From the NCBI GenBank assembly GCA_046055745.1, contig JASFZG010000016.1:2423-66422 (forward strand): a stretch of DNA of 64,000 nt, given 5' to 3'. This DNA comes from Flavobacteriaceae bacterium (GTDB taxonomy: Bacteria; Bacteroidota; Bacteroidia; Flavobacteriales; Flavobacteriaceae). Both the position numbers and the translations under genes were made by a program. Under the pieces are notes generated by a model, which was not told the DNA's origin, ran no database searches, and saw nothing but the letters and a program-made list of their open reading frames with translations. Positions 40,548 through 50,053 of this stretch are shown here, in pieces (the first letter of the stretch is position 1; every line of letters starts with the position of its first letter).

Positions 40548-40902
40548 AAGAATACTTGGAGATTCAATTACTTATTCTTGGGATCAAGCCAATGAGTTTG
40601 TTAATGGATTAAAGAATGAAATGAAGTTAGATTCTATATATTTAGCTTTAAAGAGAGAAAACCTTAATCTATTGAAATCTTATAATTCATTAGAGTTGAG
40701 ACTTTTTAATTATAAAGACACTATTGTTCCGGCGTACAAAAGTTTGATAAAAACTAAAGAAGATGATATTGTAGATTTGAATGTTTTACTTAAATCATCT
40801 GAAAAAAGTTTTAGTAAACAAAGAGGTAAAAAATGGAGATGGGGAACAATCGCTTTATTAGGAGGAACAATTTTAGGATTTATTTTAGGAGGAACAATTT
40901 AG
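40435..40902 (+). CDS. spanin-like protein (signal peptide, coiled coil, C-terminal TM)
   Basis: Overlaps the previous gene; no lipobox Cys seen. Confidence 0.4.
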   Translation: MNVNLEKMLKTIYLFIVIILGSISIASSQTTSLEELNKRILGDSITYSWDQANEFVNGLKNEMKLDSIYLALKRENLNLLKSYNSLELRLFNYKDTIVPAYKSLIKTKEDDIVDLNVLLKSSEKSFSKQRGKKWRWGTIALLGGTILGFILGGTI

Positions 40903-40991
40903 AAAATATAGTGGCGAAAAATAAATAGCAATTACCTATAAAATAATAAATAGATATTAATTTAAAGTATTTTTGATTAAAATAAAGCATT

Positions 40992-42323
40992 ATGGCAAAG
41001 ATTTCAAACAAAGAAAGATACGAAAATCAAGACCCTATTTATTCGGAGGACTATTTTCCGATAACAGATTATAAAACTAAAAAAACAAAAACTGTTCAAA
41101 TAGGTAAGTTATCAGTAACCCCTATACCACCTGAGCCAACAGACCCATCGTTGCCGGATAAAATAATTTCAGGTAACATAACTTGGCTTTCAGGATTAAC
41201 CTATATCAATACCGATATGGTAATAAGACTTGCCGGTGTAAATTATGATTTACCGGCACAAACAATAACTTTACCTGATGCTGATATTACAGATGATAGG
41301 AGAGATATTGTTACTGCAAGATTAAATTTATTAGGAACACCTCAGTTTTTAGAGCTAAAGAGTATTCAAGGGAATCCTTCTCCAAATCCTTTAAAACCTA
41401 TTGTATTATATCCTGAAACTGAGTTTGAACTCACTAATGCTTATATACCTGCTAATGCAACGCAACCTGACGGAGTTTCAATTGTAAATATTTATGATGA
41501 AAACGCAGGAGAGCCTGTTGAATGGAGCGTAGCTACCAACTCAATATACGCAATAGACTTAGAATCAACCGAAAACCCTTATTTAAACAGTAAATCTACA
41601 AAAATAAATTTCGATAATATTCTTTCTACAGATGTTATTACAGGTAGTTCAGCAATTAAAGAAAAGATTTTAGACTTAACATTTTTAAATTTATCAATAC
41701 TATTAACTGATATTACTATAGGAAGTGATCCTAATTTAAAAACATCAGTTCCTAATAAATATATCGTTTTTAAATTAATGAACGGAGGTGTTCAAGTAGG
41801 TACTGATGTTCGTATTCAACATAATAAATATGGATTAAATACTACTATATTAGAAGTTTATCAACACTTAATTATTCCTATTGAAGATTTCAATTTAGAT
41901 GTAACAATAGGGCCTATTAGTGGAATAACTGAAATAGATTCTTTTGAAATATCTTTTCAAGACAAATTAGCAAATGTAGTTTTCTTAGATGATATTAAGT
42001 TTGTAAAAGAAAATTCTGCTGAAACAGGAGAGTGTTGTAATCCATTAATTCTTGATGATTGTAAAGGTGTTATATCATTAACACGAACAGCAGGTATATT
42101 GGCTAATTCAGAAACTCCATCAACAAGAGATCTTTTTAATGTTGAAGGATTAGTTCAAGGTTCTTGGCAAAAGACTTTAATTAATAACAATTCACAAGAA
42201 CCTAATATAAATGGAGCTGTTAAAGTTTATGGTAATGATTTTGTAATTGGAGAAAATATTTATTTAATAACTTTACACAATGGCTTTAGAGCTGAATATA
42301 GATACCAACGAATAACTGTATAA
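40992..42323 (+). CDS. putative tail/structural protein
   Basis: Acidic, beta-rich; LPDADITDDRRDIV fibre-type motif. Confidence 0.5.
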   Translation: MAKISNKERYENQDPIYSEDYFPITDYKTKKTKTVQIGKLSVTPIPPEPTDPSLPDKIISGNITWLSGLTYINTDMVIRLAGVNYDLPAQTITLPDADITDDRRDIVTARLNLLGTPQFLELKSIQGNPSPNPLKPIVLYPETEFELTNAYIPANATQPDGVSIVNIYDENAGEPVEWSVATNSIYAIDLESTENPYLNSKSTKINFDNILSTDVITGSSAIKEKILDLTFLNLSILLTDITIGSDPNLKTSVPNKYIVFKLMNGGVQVGTDVRIQHNKYGLNTTILEVYQHLIIPIEDFNLDVTIGPISGITEIDSFEISFQDKLANVVFLDDIKFVKENSAETGECCNPLILDDCKGVISLTRTAGILANSETPSTRDLFNVEGLVQGSWQKTLINNNSQEPNINGAVKVYGNDFVIGENIYLITLHNGFRAEYRYQRITV

Positions 42324-42325
42324 TT

Positions 42326-43108
42326 ATGGAAAGTCCTTTTTTAGATGAAATAATAGAGAATAGTCAATTTGAAGTGTTGTTTACTTCAATAAACCCCGTT
42401 ACATTAAATGTTACAGGAGGTTCAGTAAATATAACTGATAATGGTGACGGAACTTATTTAGGAAAATCTAATGATACTATTACTTATTTTTCAATTACAA
42501 GTACTAAATCTGATATAACAGAAATACATGTAATAAAAGGAGCTACGTTGACAAGTTTAGTTAGCACTTTCGAGGACTGTACTAATATGAACATTTTTAA
42601 TTGGAGTAGTAATTGTAATGTTACAAATATAACCTTTTCTTGGACTAATTGTTCGGCATTAACAAGCTTCCCTTTAATTGATTTCAGTAGCGTTACACTA
42701 GCGAATAGATCTTGGGGCGGATGTGTTTCTTTAACAAGCTTTCCTTTAATTGATTTATCAAATGTAATAATTCTTGAATATACTTGGATAGATTGTTCGG
42801 CATTAACAAGCTTCCCTTTAATTGATTTCAGTAGCGTTACAAGCTTTAAATCTACTTGGTTAGGTTGTTCATCATTATTATCTTTTCCTTTAATTAATTT
42901 TAGTACAGCTACGTCTTTTATATATACTTGGAAAGATTGCACTAATTTAGTGTGTTTTAGTGAATTAGATTTTAGCAGTTTAACAACTCAAACTAGCACG
43001 TTCTTTAATTGCCCTGCATTATTACAACCACCATCAACAGGAACAACAGTAAGAAACAATACTTCTGCAACATCAGGAACTTGGACAAACCCTAACCCTT
43101 GCCCTTAA
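42326..43108 (+). CDS. BspA/DUF285-like LRR protein with 24-aa repeats
   Basis: Repeated WxxCSxLTSFPLIDFSSVT. Confidence 0.7.
   Translation: MESPFLDEIIENSQFEVLFTSINPVTLNVTGGSVNITDNGDGTYLGKSNDTITYFSITSTKSDITEIHVIKGATLTSLVSTFEDCTNMNIFNWSSNCNVTNITFSWTNCSALTSFPLIDFSSVTLANRSWGGCVSLTSFPLIDLSNVIILEYTWIDCSALTSFPLIDFSSVTSFKSTWLGCSSLLSFPLINFSTATSFIYTWKDCTNLVCFSELDFSSLTTQTSTFFNCPALLQPPSTGTTVRNNTSATSGTWTNPNPCP
42648..42841 (+). repeat. perfect 50-bp direct repeat within the LRR gene (42648-42697 and 42792-42841)
   Basis: ATTGTTCGGCATTAACAAGCTTCCCTTTAATTGATTTCAGTAGCGTTACA twice, 144 bp apart. Confidence 0.85.
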
Positions 43109-43124
43109 AAGATAATAAAATATT

Positions 43125-43379
43125 ATGTGGAAATTTTTAAGTAAAATTATAAATAGCGAAAGTCCTGAAAGCAGTAAAAGGTTTTATGGTCTTTGGGGAA
43201 TGGTATTAGTAACAATAATTGTGATATACTCATTGATTAAAGGAGAAGCAAATGGTTCTATAATTAATATGTTTTATGCCTTACTTGGACTTGTATTATC
43301 TTTAGCAGGAGTAGCAACATATCAGGCGGTAAGCAAACACATTTCTAATAAAAATGAAGATGATAAAACGAATGTCTAA
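43125..43379 (+). CDS. putative holin-like 2-TM protein
   Basis: SSKRF motif followed by two TM helices. Confidence 0.55.
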   Translation: MWKFLSKIINSESPESSKRFYGLWGMVLVTIIVIYSLIKGEANGSIINMFYALLGLVLSLAGVATYQAVSKHISNKNEDDKTNV

Positions 43380-43735
43380 AGAGGAACAAGATAAGCTACA
43401 ACTTCTCCTACAGAATATATTTTATTCATCTCTACACCATATTCGGATAAGTTTCTAAGCAATTTTTTGTGGATAGCTTGGTAAAAATGCGGAGTTACGT
43501 TTATAGCCGTAAATATTACTTCCATATTATTTGCATCTACAATCGTTGACTTCATTATTAAGTCTTTATGTTTTATACTTGGAAGCGATACCGAAATACC
43601 TGAACAATTAATATCGCCTTCAATTTTAACTCCATATACAATAGAATGAGAAGTGAACGCTATGGAAGTTGCTACTAATCTAATTTTTTCTTTATTAAAT
43701 CCCATTAATCTATTTTTTTCTTTAACCCCTGACAA
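43376..43735 (-). CDS. hypothetical protein
   Basis: ORF convergent with the late operon. Confidence 0.55.
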   Translation of the reverse strand: MSGVKEKNRLMGFNKEKIRLVATSIAFTSHSIVYGVKIEGDINCSGISVSLPSIKHKDLIMKSTIVDANNMEVIFTAINVTPHFYQAIHKKLLRNLSEYGVEMNKIYSVGEVVAYLVPL

Positions 43736-44061
43736 ATCTTATATAGCGAAAATCTTCGTTTAGTTAGATACGTTGGAGGATAGTTAAAAATTACGGCCGC
43801 ATTTGTCATATAATGACTCTTTGCATCAGAAATAATATCTTCCCTTTGTTTCTTTAATATCTTATTGTAATCTAATATTTTAAATACTTCATCGATACTA
43901 AAAGCATATAATAGTGGCTCGAATTTATAAAGTCTCTTGTAAAAAGAGGGGATCATACTGTAAATTACATTTTCGCCATTGATTTCTTTTTTTAAAGTAA
44001 AGCTTTGAATTTTGGTGTCAAATATCTTTTCATCTCTTATTAAAAAACCATTCCTTATCAT
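43705..44061 (-). CDS. hypothetical protein
   Basis: ATG at 44061 just downstream of a minus-strand TAAATTTG promoter. Confidence 0.5.
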   Translation of the reverse strand: MIRNGFLIRDEKIFDTKIQSFTLKKEINGENVIYSMIPSFYKRLYKFEPLLYAFSIDEVFKILDYNKILKKQREDIISDAKSHYMTNAAVIFNYPPTYLTKRRFSLYKICQGLKKKID

Positions 44062-44152
44062 AACCACAAATTTAGTAAAAAAATAATACACAATATAAAA
44101 TATTAAAAAACATTTCATATTTCAAGTTGGCAACAATAAAAAGAAAGAGAGA

Positions 44153-44455
44153 ATGGATAAAGAAGAAGCAATAAAAACTTTAGAAAAACTGAAAGAATTT
44201 GAAGGAAAGGTGAAAATGTATAATGACATAATTCACGTGTTTGAAATAATGCCTTTAAAATATTTGAAAGAAAACAAAATAGAATATGATATTCACGAAG
44301 TTTTAAAATACAATAGAAGTTATTTTAATAAATTTCCGAATAATATAGATTTTGATATTATATCTATACATAAACTTGGCGGAACTAGATACTTAACCAG
44401 TAAGAAAGATAAACATTACAAACACTTAATTAATCAACCTCAATCTGAGAAGTAA
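44153..44455 (+). CDS. hypothetical protein (cassette ORF1)
   Basis: ATG about 27 nt after the GTT core. Confidence 0.6.
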   Translation: MDKEEAIKTLEKLKEFEGKVKMYNDIIHVFEIMPLKYLKENKIEYDIHEVLKYNRSYFNKFPNNIDFDIISIHKLGGTRYLTSKKDKHYKHLINQPQSEK

Positions 44456-44517
44456 AGAAAAAATTACCGTTTTCATCGTTCTTTAAAAAAATAGAAAAAT
44501 TAAAAGGATATTTTTTT

Positions 44518-44898
44518 TTGAGAGAGTTAAGTTGTTTTTCAATAGCTGAAATTTCTAAATTATATTCGTCTAAATTTTTATTGGTAATTTCTGACATAAT
44601 AAAAAGGGTTTTAAATATTATTAATGATTATAATGTAGCTTTTAAAAGTATTACAATTTCCTCAATCGGACTCGGAATCCTTTTTTGTTCAGTTCTTCTC
44701 CACGGAGAAATAGTTGTTTTAAAGAATCTGCGGTTAAAGCTCCGACGATATATAAATCAATTTCAGGACGAAAATAATAACGAATTGACTTTATTACAGT
44801 CTCCAAGAAAGAAGATTTATAAACTGATTGAAATAGTTTGTTTTTCATCTTATATAATATTTGTAATATCATTAGTTGGATTTGGATTAACATTATAA
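44518..44898 (+). CDS. putative 2-TM membrane protein (cassette ORF2; start uncertain)
   Basis: Two hydrophobic segments; weak start. Confidence 0.35.
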   Translation: MRELSCFSIAEISKLYSSKFLLVISDIIKRVLNIINDYNVAFKSITISSIGLGILFCSVLLHGEIVVLKNLRLKLRRYINQFQDENNNELTLLQSPRKKIYKLIEIVCFSSYIIFVISLVGFGLTL

Positions 44899-44946
44899 CA
44901 ACTGATTTTAAAAAACTATTAATAAATAAACTATATAAAAAGTGAT

Positions 44947-45378
44947 ATGGATCTAATTTTAAAAGACAAATTCAGAAAAGTGATTATATTTGATTCTGAT
45001 TATTCTGAACCTAACGAATCTGGATTAAAAAGAATAATATTAAGACCTAACATAAAAGTAGATAGTAATACTACAATAAGACTTGATATTTGGTTGTGTT
45101 TAAAAAACTTTTATAATAAGGATGAAAAAGAACATATATCTATGAAACACCAAGTTTTATTTGAATTAAAAAACAATACTTTTATTAGTAAAAAAGACAT
45201 ATTATCTATGTTTAAATTCACGCAAAAAGAGTTGTTTTTAAGTAAAATTAATCCTCAAGACAAACAATCTCAAACCATACAAGGTCTTTATCCAAATATC
45301 CATCTAATGCCCGACGTAATACTTTTGGGATTAATTGAAGACGTGAAGGATTCTCTTTATCCGATTTTAAGGGATTAA
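44947..45378 (+). CDS. hypothetical protein (cassette ORF3)
   Basis: ORF with A-rich start. Confidence 0.55.
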   Translation: MDLILKDKFRKVIIFDSDYSEPNESGLKRIILRPNIKVDSNTTIRLDIWLCLKNFYNKDEKEHISMKHQVLFELKNNTFISKKDILSMFKFTQKELFLSKINPQDKQSQTIQGLYPNIHLMPDVILLGLIEDVKDSLYPILRD

Positions 45379-45446
45379 TGTTTTTTTTTATTGGGAACAT
45401 AACTGTTCCACAATCCACAGCTACTGACATAAAATTAAATTACTGC

Positions 45447-45574
45447 AGCCAACAATGTATATAAAAAATAGGCTCATTGTGAATACGATTAAACTTATAC
45501 TAACTAAATATTATAACAACTAATATGAAAAGTCTTATATCTATAGCCTACTTTTCATATACTAAACGTTATTT
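45447..45574 (+). repeat. attC-like imperfect palindrome
   Basis: AAC-aat-GTATAT-AAAAAA-TAGGCT ... AGCCTA-CTTTTC-ATATAC-taaac-GTT. Confidence 0.65.
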
Positions 45575-45674
45575 ATAATAGCAAATCTAAAAATAATTTT
45601 TATAGTGTGCAAATATTATGTAAAATATTTTGTATAAAGTTTGTTATATAATAAATGTTTTATATATTTGCAGT

Positions 45675-45872
45675 ATGAGAAATATTGAAAGCCTACTAAA
45701 AAAGAAAAATATTACGATGTACCAATTAGCAAACGCCATTGGAGAATCACACCCTAGAACTTCGTATTTAGTGAAAACTAATAATTTTTCTGAAACTTAT
45801 ATAATGCTGAAAAAATCGGCTGAATACCTTAAATGTGATATTGAAGATTTAATTGAATTTCCTAAAAAATAA
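45675..45872 (+). CDS. Cro/CI-like HTH regulator, probably leaderless
   Basis: LKKKNITMYQLANAIGES...AEYLKCDIEDL; TATATTTG 45663-45670 is 4 nt before the ATG. Confidence 0.8.
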   Translation: MRNIESLLKKKNITMYQLANAIGESHPRTSYLVKTNNFSETYIMLKKSAEYLKCDIEDLIEFPKK

Positions 45873-45878
45873 ATAAAA

Positions 45879-46265
45879 ATGTCAAAAAAGAAGACTGCTG
45901 AAAAGACAGAAGACGAAAAAAAGCTAATAAGAGCTATTGAATTTACCGTAAGTATTCAGAAGCACGAACTTATTAAAAAGGATTTAAAAACCAAGTATAG
46001 CAAATTTCAGCTAATGATATGCAAGTGGCTTAAAGTTGAGGTCGCTGATAATTATAGTTGGGCTTATAGAGTGCAATACAAAAGCAACACTAAAGCTTTA
46101 AGAGAAGGAGATGTATTAATTAATTCAGAAGGTAGAGCCTTTTTTGTTATGAAGGAACTCCAAAGAGTTGTTATATTAGTAACACCACAACCATCGGTTG
46201 AGCCACCGTTTATGTTCGGCACATTTAGAAAATTAGTAAAACCAAAATCAAATAATAAAAAATAA
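45879..46265 (+). CDS. hypothetical protein
   Basis: ORF in operon. Confidence 0.6.
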   Translation: MSKKKTAEKTEDEKKLIRAIEFTVSIQKHELIKKDLKTKYSKFQLMICKWLKVEVADNYSWAYRVQYKSNTKALREGDVLINSEGRAFFVMKELQRVVILVTPQPSVEPPFMFGTFRKLVKPKSNNKK

Positions 46266-46272
46266 TAATATT

Positions 46273-46653
46273 ATGCAATTAAATGGAAGTATTAAATTAA
46301 TCGGAGAAACACAAACTTTTGGAGACAAAGGTTTTATAAAACGTGAGATGGTCTTAATTACAGAGGAAGATTCACAATATCCGCAACCAATATCAATTGA
46401 GTTCATACAGGACAAATGCGATATTTTAGATGGATGTTTAGTAGGACAATCTGTAGAAGTATCTATAAATATTAAGGGCAGAGAGTGGGTTTCACCACAA
46501 GGAGAAGTTAAACACTTTAACACAATAAACGGTTGGCGAGTTAATGTTATTGGAGCTGCAAGTACACAACCTCAACCTACAAATGAAACTTTTGAGCCAC
46601 AAGGCGGAGTTGATAGCAATGAAGCTAATGGAGATGGAAATTTGCCTTTTTAA
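46273..46653 (+). CDS. DUF3127 OB-fold (SSB-like) protein
   Basis: GFIKREMVL...QYPQ.I..EF.QDK...NIKGREW...FNTINGW, acidic tail ending LPF. Confidence 0.85.
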   Translation: MQLNGSIKLIGETQTFGDKGFIKREMVLITEEDSQYPQPISIEFIQDKCDILDGCLVGQSVEVSINIKGREWVSPQGEVKHFNTINGWRVNVIGAASTQPQPTNETFEPQGGVDSNEANGDGNLPF

Positions 46654-46665
46654 AAAACAAAGTAT

Positions 46666-47229
46666 ATGTGTAAAAAAAAACATAACAGGAATTGTTTAGA
46701 CTGCCACAAGAAAACAACTTTCAAAGAGTTAAATAAGTACGGAGGTATTTGTGAAAAATGTGCCGATGCTATAGAGTATCATAAGCCTACACATAAAACT
46801 CCTGAATACAAAAAAAAGGAAAGGTGTATTGGAATTGTTGATGAAACAGCTAGAAAAACTTATAACTTTAATAATATGAAAAACAGCATTGATACATTAA
46901 TACCATTAATTGAGGATTGGGCTAAAGAAAAAGGAATACTTGAAAAAGCCACGCCTTTGGATCAGTTATCTAAAACAGAAGAAGAAGTTTTAGAACTAAG
47001 AGAATCGTTATTTGCACAGAAAAACGATATGCGGTTCTTTTACAACTCTAAAGGAAACCTAAAGAACACACAGGAAGAAATTGAAGATGCTATTGGAGAC
47101 GTTTTAGTTACATTAATCATACAGGCTAAAATTCAGAACTTAAACATTGTAGATTGTCTTAAAGGAGCTTATGATATTATTTCTAAACGTGAAGGAGAAA
47201 TGGTTGATGGAAAGTTTGTAAAAGAATAG
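46666..47229 (+). CDS. MazG-like nucleotide pyrophosphohydrolase
   Basis: WAKEKGI...K..EE..EL...DAIGD..VTL...AYD.I..R.G.MVDGKFVKE; N-terminal CxxC/CxxC extension (alternative start 46876). Confidence 0.85.
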   Translation: MCKKKHNRNCLDCHKKTTFKELNKYGGICEKCADAIEYHKPTHKTPEYKKKERCIGIVDETARKTYNFNNMKNSIDTLIPLIEDWAKEKGILEKATPLDQLSKTEEEVLELRESLFAQKNDMRFFYNSKGNLKNTQEEIEDAIGDVLVTLIIQAKIQNLNIVDCLKGAYDIISKREGEMVDGKFVKE

Positions 47230-47233
47230 TCTT

Positions 47234-47488
47234 GTGAAAAATAAATCTATGTTCAATAAAATAAGAGAAGATGATTCAGAAGATGGCTATTTAATGTCTG
47301 AATCAGATATAGAAGATTTAACTAAAATACTAAATCCTTCAAAACCTAATGACCGACCTTTTTATGCTTGGTTAATTTGCTTAGAAAGAGGAGTTATTGA
47401 GGTTGATTTAAAGCAATACATTCCTTGTAACAATAAAGAGTGTAAGCAATGTTCTTCAATGAGCAAATTATTAAAAAAGATAATTTAA
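47234..47488 (+). CDS. hypothetical protein
   Basis: ORF in operon. Confidence 0.5.
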   Translation: MKNKSMFNKIREDDSEDGYLMSESDIEDLTKILNPSKPNDRPFYAWLICLERGVIEVDLKQYIPCNNKECKQCSSMSKLLKKII

Positions 47489-47505
47489 CTTTAAAAGATT
47501 AAACT

Positions 47506-47751
47506 ATGGCTACACCAACTGAAATTAAAGCACAAATAAAAGCGAAAGAGCTGATAGATATGTATTCGACTACTAATATATCAGATAATCCGAAAACAGG
47601 ATGGTTAATGCCTAGAAGTGTTGGTGTTTATTTCGCTATTAAATCTGCGGAGGAAGTATTAGAAACATTAAATTCTATGAAAGGAATAGCGAAGATTAGT
47701 AAAGTTACTTTTTGGAAAAAGGTTAAAGAAAATTTAGAAAATGAACATTAA
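47506..47751 (+). CDS. hypothetical protein
   Basis: KAKEL...FWKKVK pattern common in Bacteroidota phages. Confidence 0.6.
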   Translation: MATPTEIKAQIKAKELIDMYSTTNISDNPKTGWLMPRSVGVYFAIKSAEEVLETLNSMKGIAKISKVTFWKKVKENLENEH

Positions 47752-48463
47752 AAAGAAACCTTGTAAGTCAATGGGGAAATCTAAAGGGTTTCAAGGTTGT
47801 GGCGAGCTTCAATTTAATAGAAAGTTTGGCTTAGGAGTTCTTTGTGGCTGTTATTCAAAATGGCTTTTAAACACTCCCGAAGGTCAAGAAGTTCTTGAAA
47901 AAGGAACGCTTTTAGGAAAGAAGAAAGCAATTAAAGAACAGAAAAAAAAGGATCGTGATGAGACTGCAAAAAAAAGGTTAGAGTTAATATCTCCTGATAA
48001 ATATAGAGCAAAGTATGTTCAACCTTTGATTAATAAAATTGCACGATTAATAGATTACGGAAATCCTTGCACTCCTACAGGAAATTTCGAGGGAAAAATG
48101 GCAGGAGGTCATTATACGTCGGTTGGAGCAAACAGAACAATATGTTTAAATCTCCACAATATATTTATACAAAGCTTTCATAGTAATAGTTGGAAAGGTG
48201 GAGATGATAAAAAATACCGAGCAGCTTTAAAAAGAATATTTGGAGCAGATTATTTAGAATTTATAGAAGGGTTAAATAGTCATAGGTCATTGCAGTTAAG
48301 AAAGCCCGATTTGATAAAAATCAAAGAAAAAGCATTAGTGATAATAAAGGTATTGGAAGCAGACAAGGAATTATTATCGGCAGAAGAAAGAATAGAGAAA
48401 AGAAATAACATTAATTTAGAATTAGGAATTTACGATGTCGAATACTGCAAATACGAGGGGTAA
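47741..48463 (+). CDS. NinG/Rap-like recombination nuclease
   Basis: INKIARLID..PC...GGHY.SVGA....LNLHNI..Q...SN. Confidence 0.7.
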   Translation: MNIKKKPCKSMGKSKGFQGCGELQFNRKFGLGVLCGCYSKWLLNTPEGQEVLEKGTLLGKKKAIKEQKKKDRDETAKKRLELISPDKYRAKYVQPLINKIARLIDYGNPCTPTGNFEGKMAGGHYTSVGANRTICLNLHNIFIQSFHSNSWKGGDDKKYRAALKRIFGADYLEFIEGLNSHRSLQLRKPDLIKIKEKALVIIKVLEADKELLSAEERIEKRNNINLELGIYDVEYCKYEG

Positions 48464-48739
48464 TCAAGAAGATGTAGAACCAAAGGTTTATGACTATTTC
48501 CCTACACCGAACAAAATAAAACGGGCGGTATTAGTTCATATACTTAGTGATGGCGAGTGTCCTAAAAGGTTTGAATCTGATGGAAATTTATATATTGATG
48601 GCTCTAAGGTTTTTAGGCGTATTTAGAGAATTAATTTGTATATTTGAATGTTGCTCAAATTTAGCGATTTGATGCAAAAGGCTCTCAAACTCCTGCAACA
48701 TTCTTTTTTTAATAGTTTGAGGTAAAAAAGTTTGAAATT

Positions 48740-49255
48740 ATGCAAGATGAAATATGGAAGGACATTCCCGGATTTGAAGAATACTATCAAGCCAGTAATC
48801 ATGGTAGAATTAGAAACATAGAAAGAAAGACTTGGAATAGTTATGGTTATTTTTTTAAAAAACAAATTATTTTAAAACCTAACAAGTATGGAAAAGGATA
48901 TTCAGGAGTTTATTTATATAAAAATAAGATTAGAAAAACTATTGGGATTCATGTTTTAGTTGCAATGACATTTTTAAACTATAAAATAAATAGTCAAAAT
49001 ATAATTGTTCATCATAAAGACAATAACACTCAAAATAATCACATTGATAATTTAGACATAAGAACTCAAAGAGCAAATTGTTTCACTCATCACAAAGGAA
49101 CATCTAAATACACAGGCGTTTCGTGGAATAAAAGATCTAAGAAATGGGTAGCAGGAATAAGGATAAATGGAAATATAAAAAGGTTGGGCTATCACACTGA
49201 TGAATACGAGGCGCATTTAGCATATCAAAAAGAATTAAAAACCTTAAATAATTAA
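48740..49255 (+). CDS. NUMOD4-HNH-AP2 homing endonuclease
   Basis: EIWKDIPGFEEYYQASNHGRIR; VHHKDNNTQNNHIDNL; SKYTGVSW...LGY..DEYEAHLAY. Confidence 0.9.
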   Translation: MQDEIWKDIPGFEEYYQASNHGRIRNIERKTWNSYGYFFKKQIILKPNKYGKGYSGVYLYKNKIRKTIGIHVLVAMTFLNYKINSQNIIVHHKDNNTQNNHIDNLDIRTQRANCFTHHKGTSKYTGVSWNKRSKKWVAGIRINGNIKRLGYHTDEYEAHLAYQKELKTLNN

Positions 49256-49306
49256 ACAAAGTATTTAGAAGAATATAAATAATTATTAATTTTAAATTTA
49301 ATTAAA

Positions 49307-49771
49307 ATGGCAAAACAAAAAAAACCACTATTTGAACTTGGACAAATTTATGATCCATCATTTGAAAACCTTAACAAATCTGAAACAGAACAGAACATTG
49401 ATGCAATGGCTTGTAAAGTTGAAGAAGGAGAATACACGAAAATTCTTACTCAGGACGAATTAGCAGTAACAAAATCTGAGTTTGCAGAAAAGAGCCTTAG
49501 AGTAAGTAAGCTTGAAACTGAAAAGAAAACTGTAGTTGACGACTACAATGAACAACTTAAAATTCCAAAGAAAGAAGCTAAAGAGCTTTTGGAACAAATC
49601 AAAACAAAAACAGTTCGTAAGGAAGGAAAACTATATTTAGTTGACGATCAAGAAAACGCAATAATGTATAAATTCGACGAGAACGCAATTTGTGTTGACA
49701 GCAGAGCATTACTTCCTTTAGAAAGACAAACTACAATTCAAGGAGTAAGAAGTTTACAGGCAGGAACGTAA
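49307..49771 (+). CDS. hypothetical coiled-coil protein
   Basis: ORF whose stop codon lies inside an IS605-like left-end relic. Confidence 0.6.
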   Translation: MAKQKKPLFELGQIYDPSFENLNKSETEQNIDAMACKVEEGEYTKILTQDELAVTKSEFAEKSLRVSKLETEKKTVVDDYNEQLKIPKKEAKELLEQIKTKTVRKEGKLYLVDDQENAIMYKFDENAICVDSRALLPLERQTTIQGVRSLQAGT

Positions 49772-49811
49772 AGCCCAATCATCGCCTTTTGCGTGGTTGG
49801 GATGTAAGTGA
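49758..49811 (+). mobile_element. orphan IS200/IS605 left-end relic
   Basis: Strong similarity to the left end at 52680-52628 (CGTAAAnCCC...CGC...GCG...GGGATGTAAG), preceded by TTTAC. Confidence 0.6.
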
Positions 49812-49846
49812 ATACAAAGTAACTGTTATCTACAGATAAATTAATA

Positions 49847-49960
49847 ATGCCGATGGTGGAAGTGGATATACACGCCTGAACAAATGCGGTAATTGACGAA
49901 TTACGAGTGCATATTAAGGTTTCCTAACAAGGTTTACAGGTTCGAGTCCTGTTCGGCATA
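49847..49960 (+). ncRNA. tRNA-like RNA with elongated anticodon arm
   Basis: Acceptor ATGCCGA/TCGGCAT, D-arm GTG/CAC with GG, variable arm CCT/AGG, T-arm ACAGG-TTCGAGT-CCTGT; a 45-nt hairpin replaces the anticodon arm. Confidence 0.7.
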
Positions 49961-50053
49961 CAGATAATTATGGAGAATAATAAGAAGAAATTTGTTGATT
50001 TAAAATTGGGAGTAAAAAATACACCCAAAAAGAAAAAACGTAAAAAATAAAAT

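Larger units (their letters stand above)
44126..45570 (+). mobile_element. integron-like gene cassette
   Basis: Starts at GTTGGCA (44126) and ends in an attC-like palindrome beginning GCCAAC (45448) and closing GTT (45568-45570). Confidence 0.6.

Noticed and set aside
42326-43108. Diversity-generating retroelement TR/VR pair or CRISPR array
   Set aside because: Repeats are in-frame protein repeats without adenine-specific mismatches or spacers; no reverse transcriptase or cas gene in the window.
49847-49960. tmRNA or group I intron-containing tRNA
   Set aside because: Too short, has a true D stem, and lacks a G3-U70 alanine acceptor, a tag ORF and an intron core.
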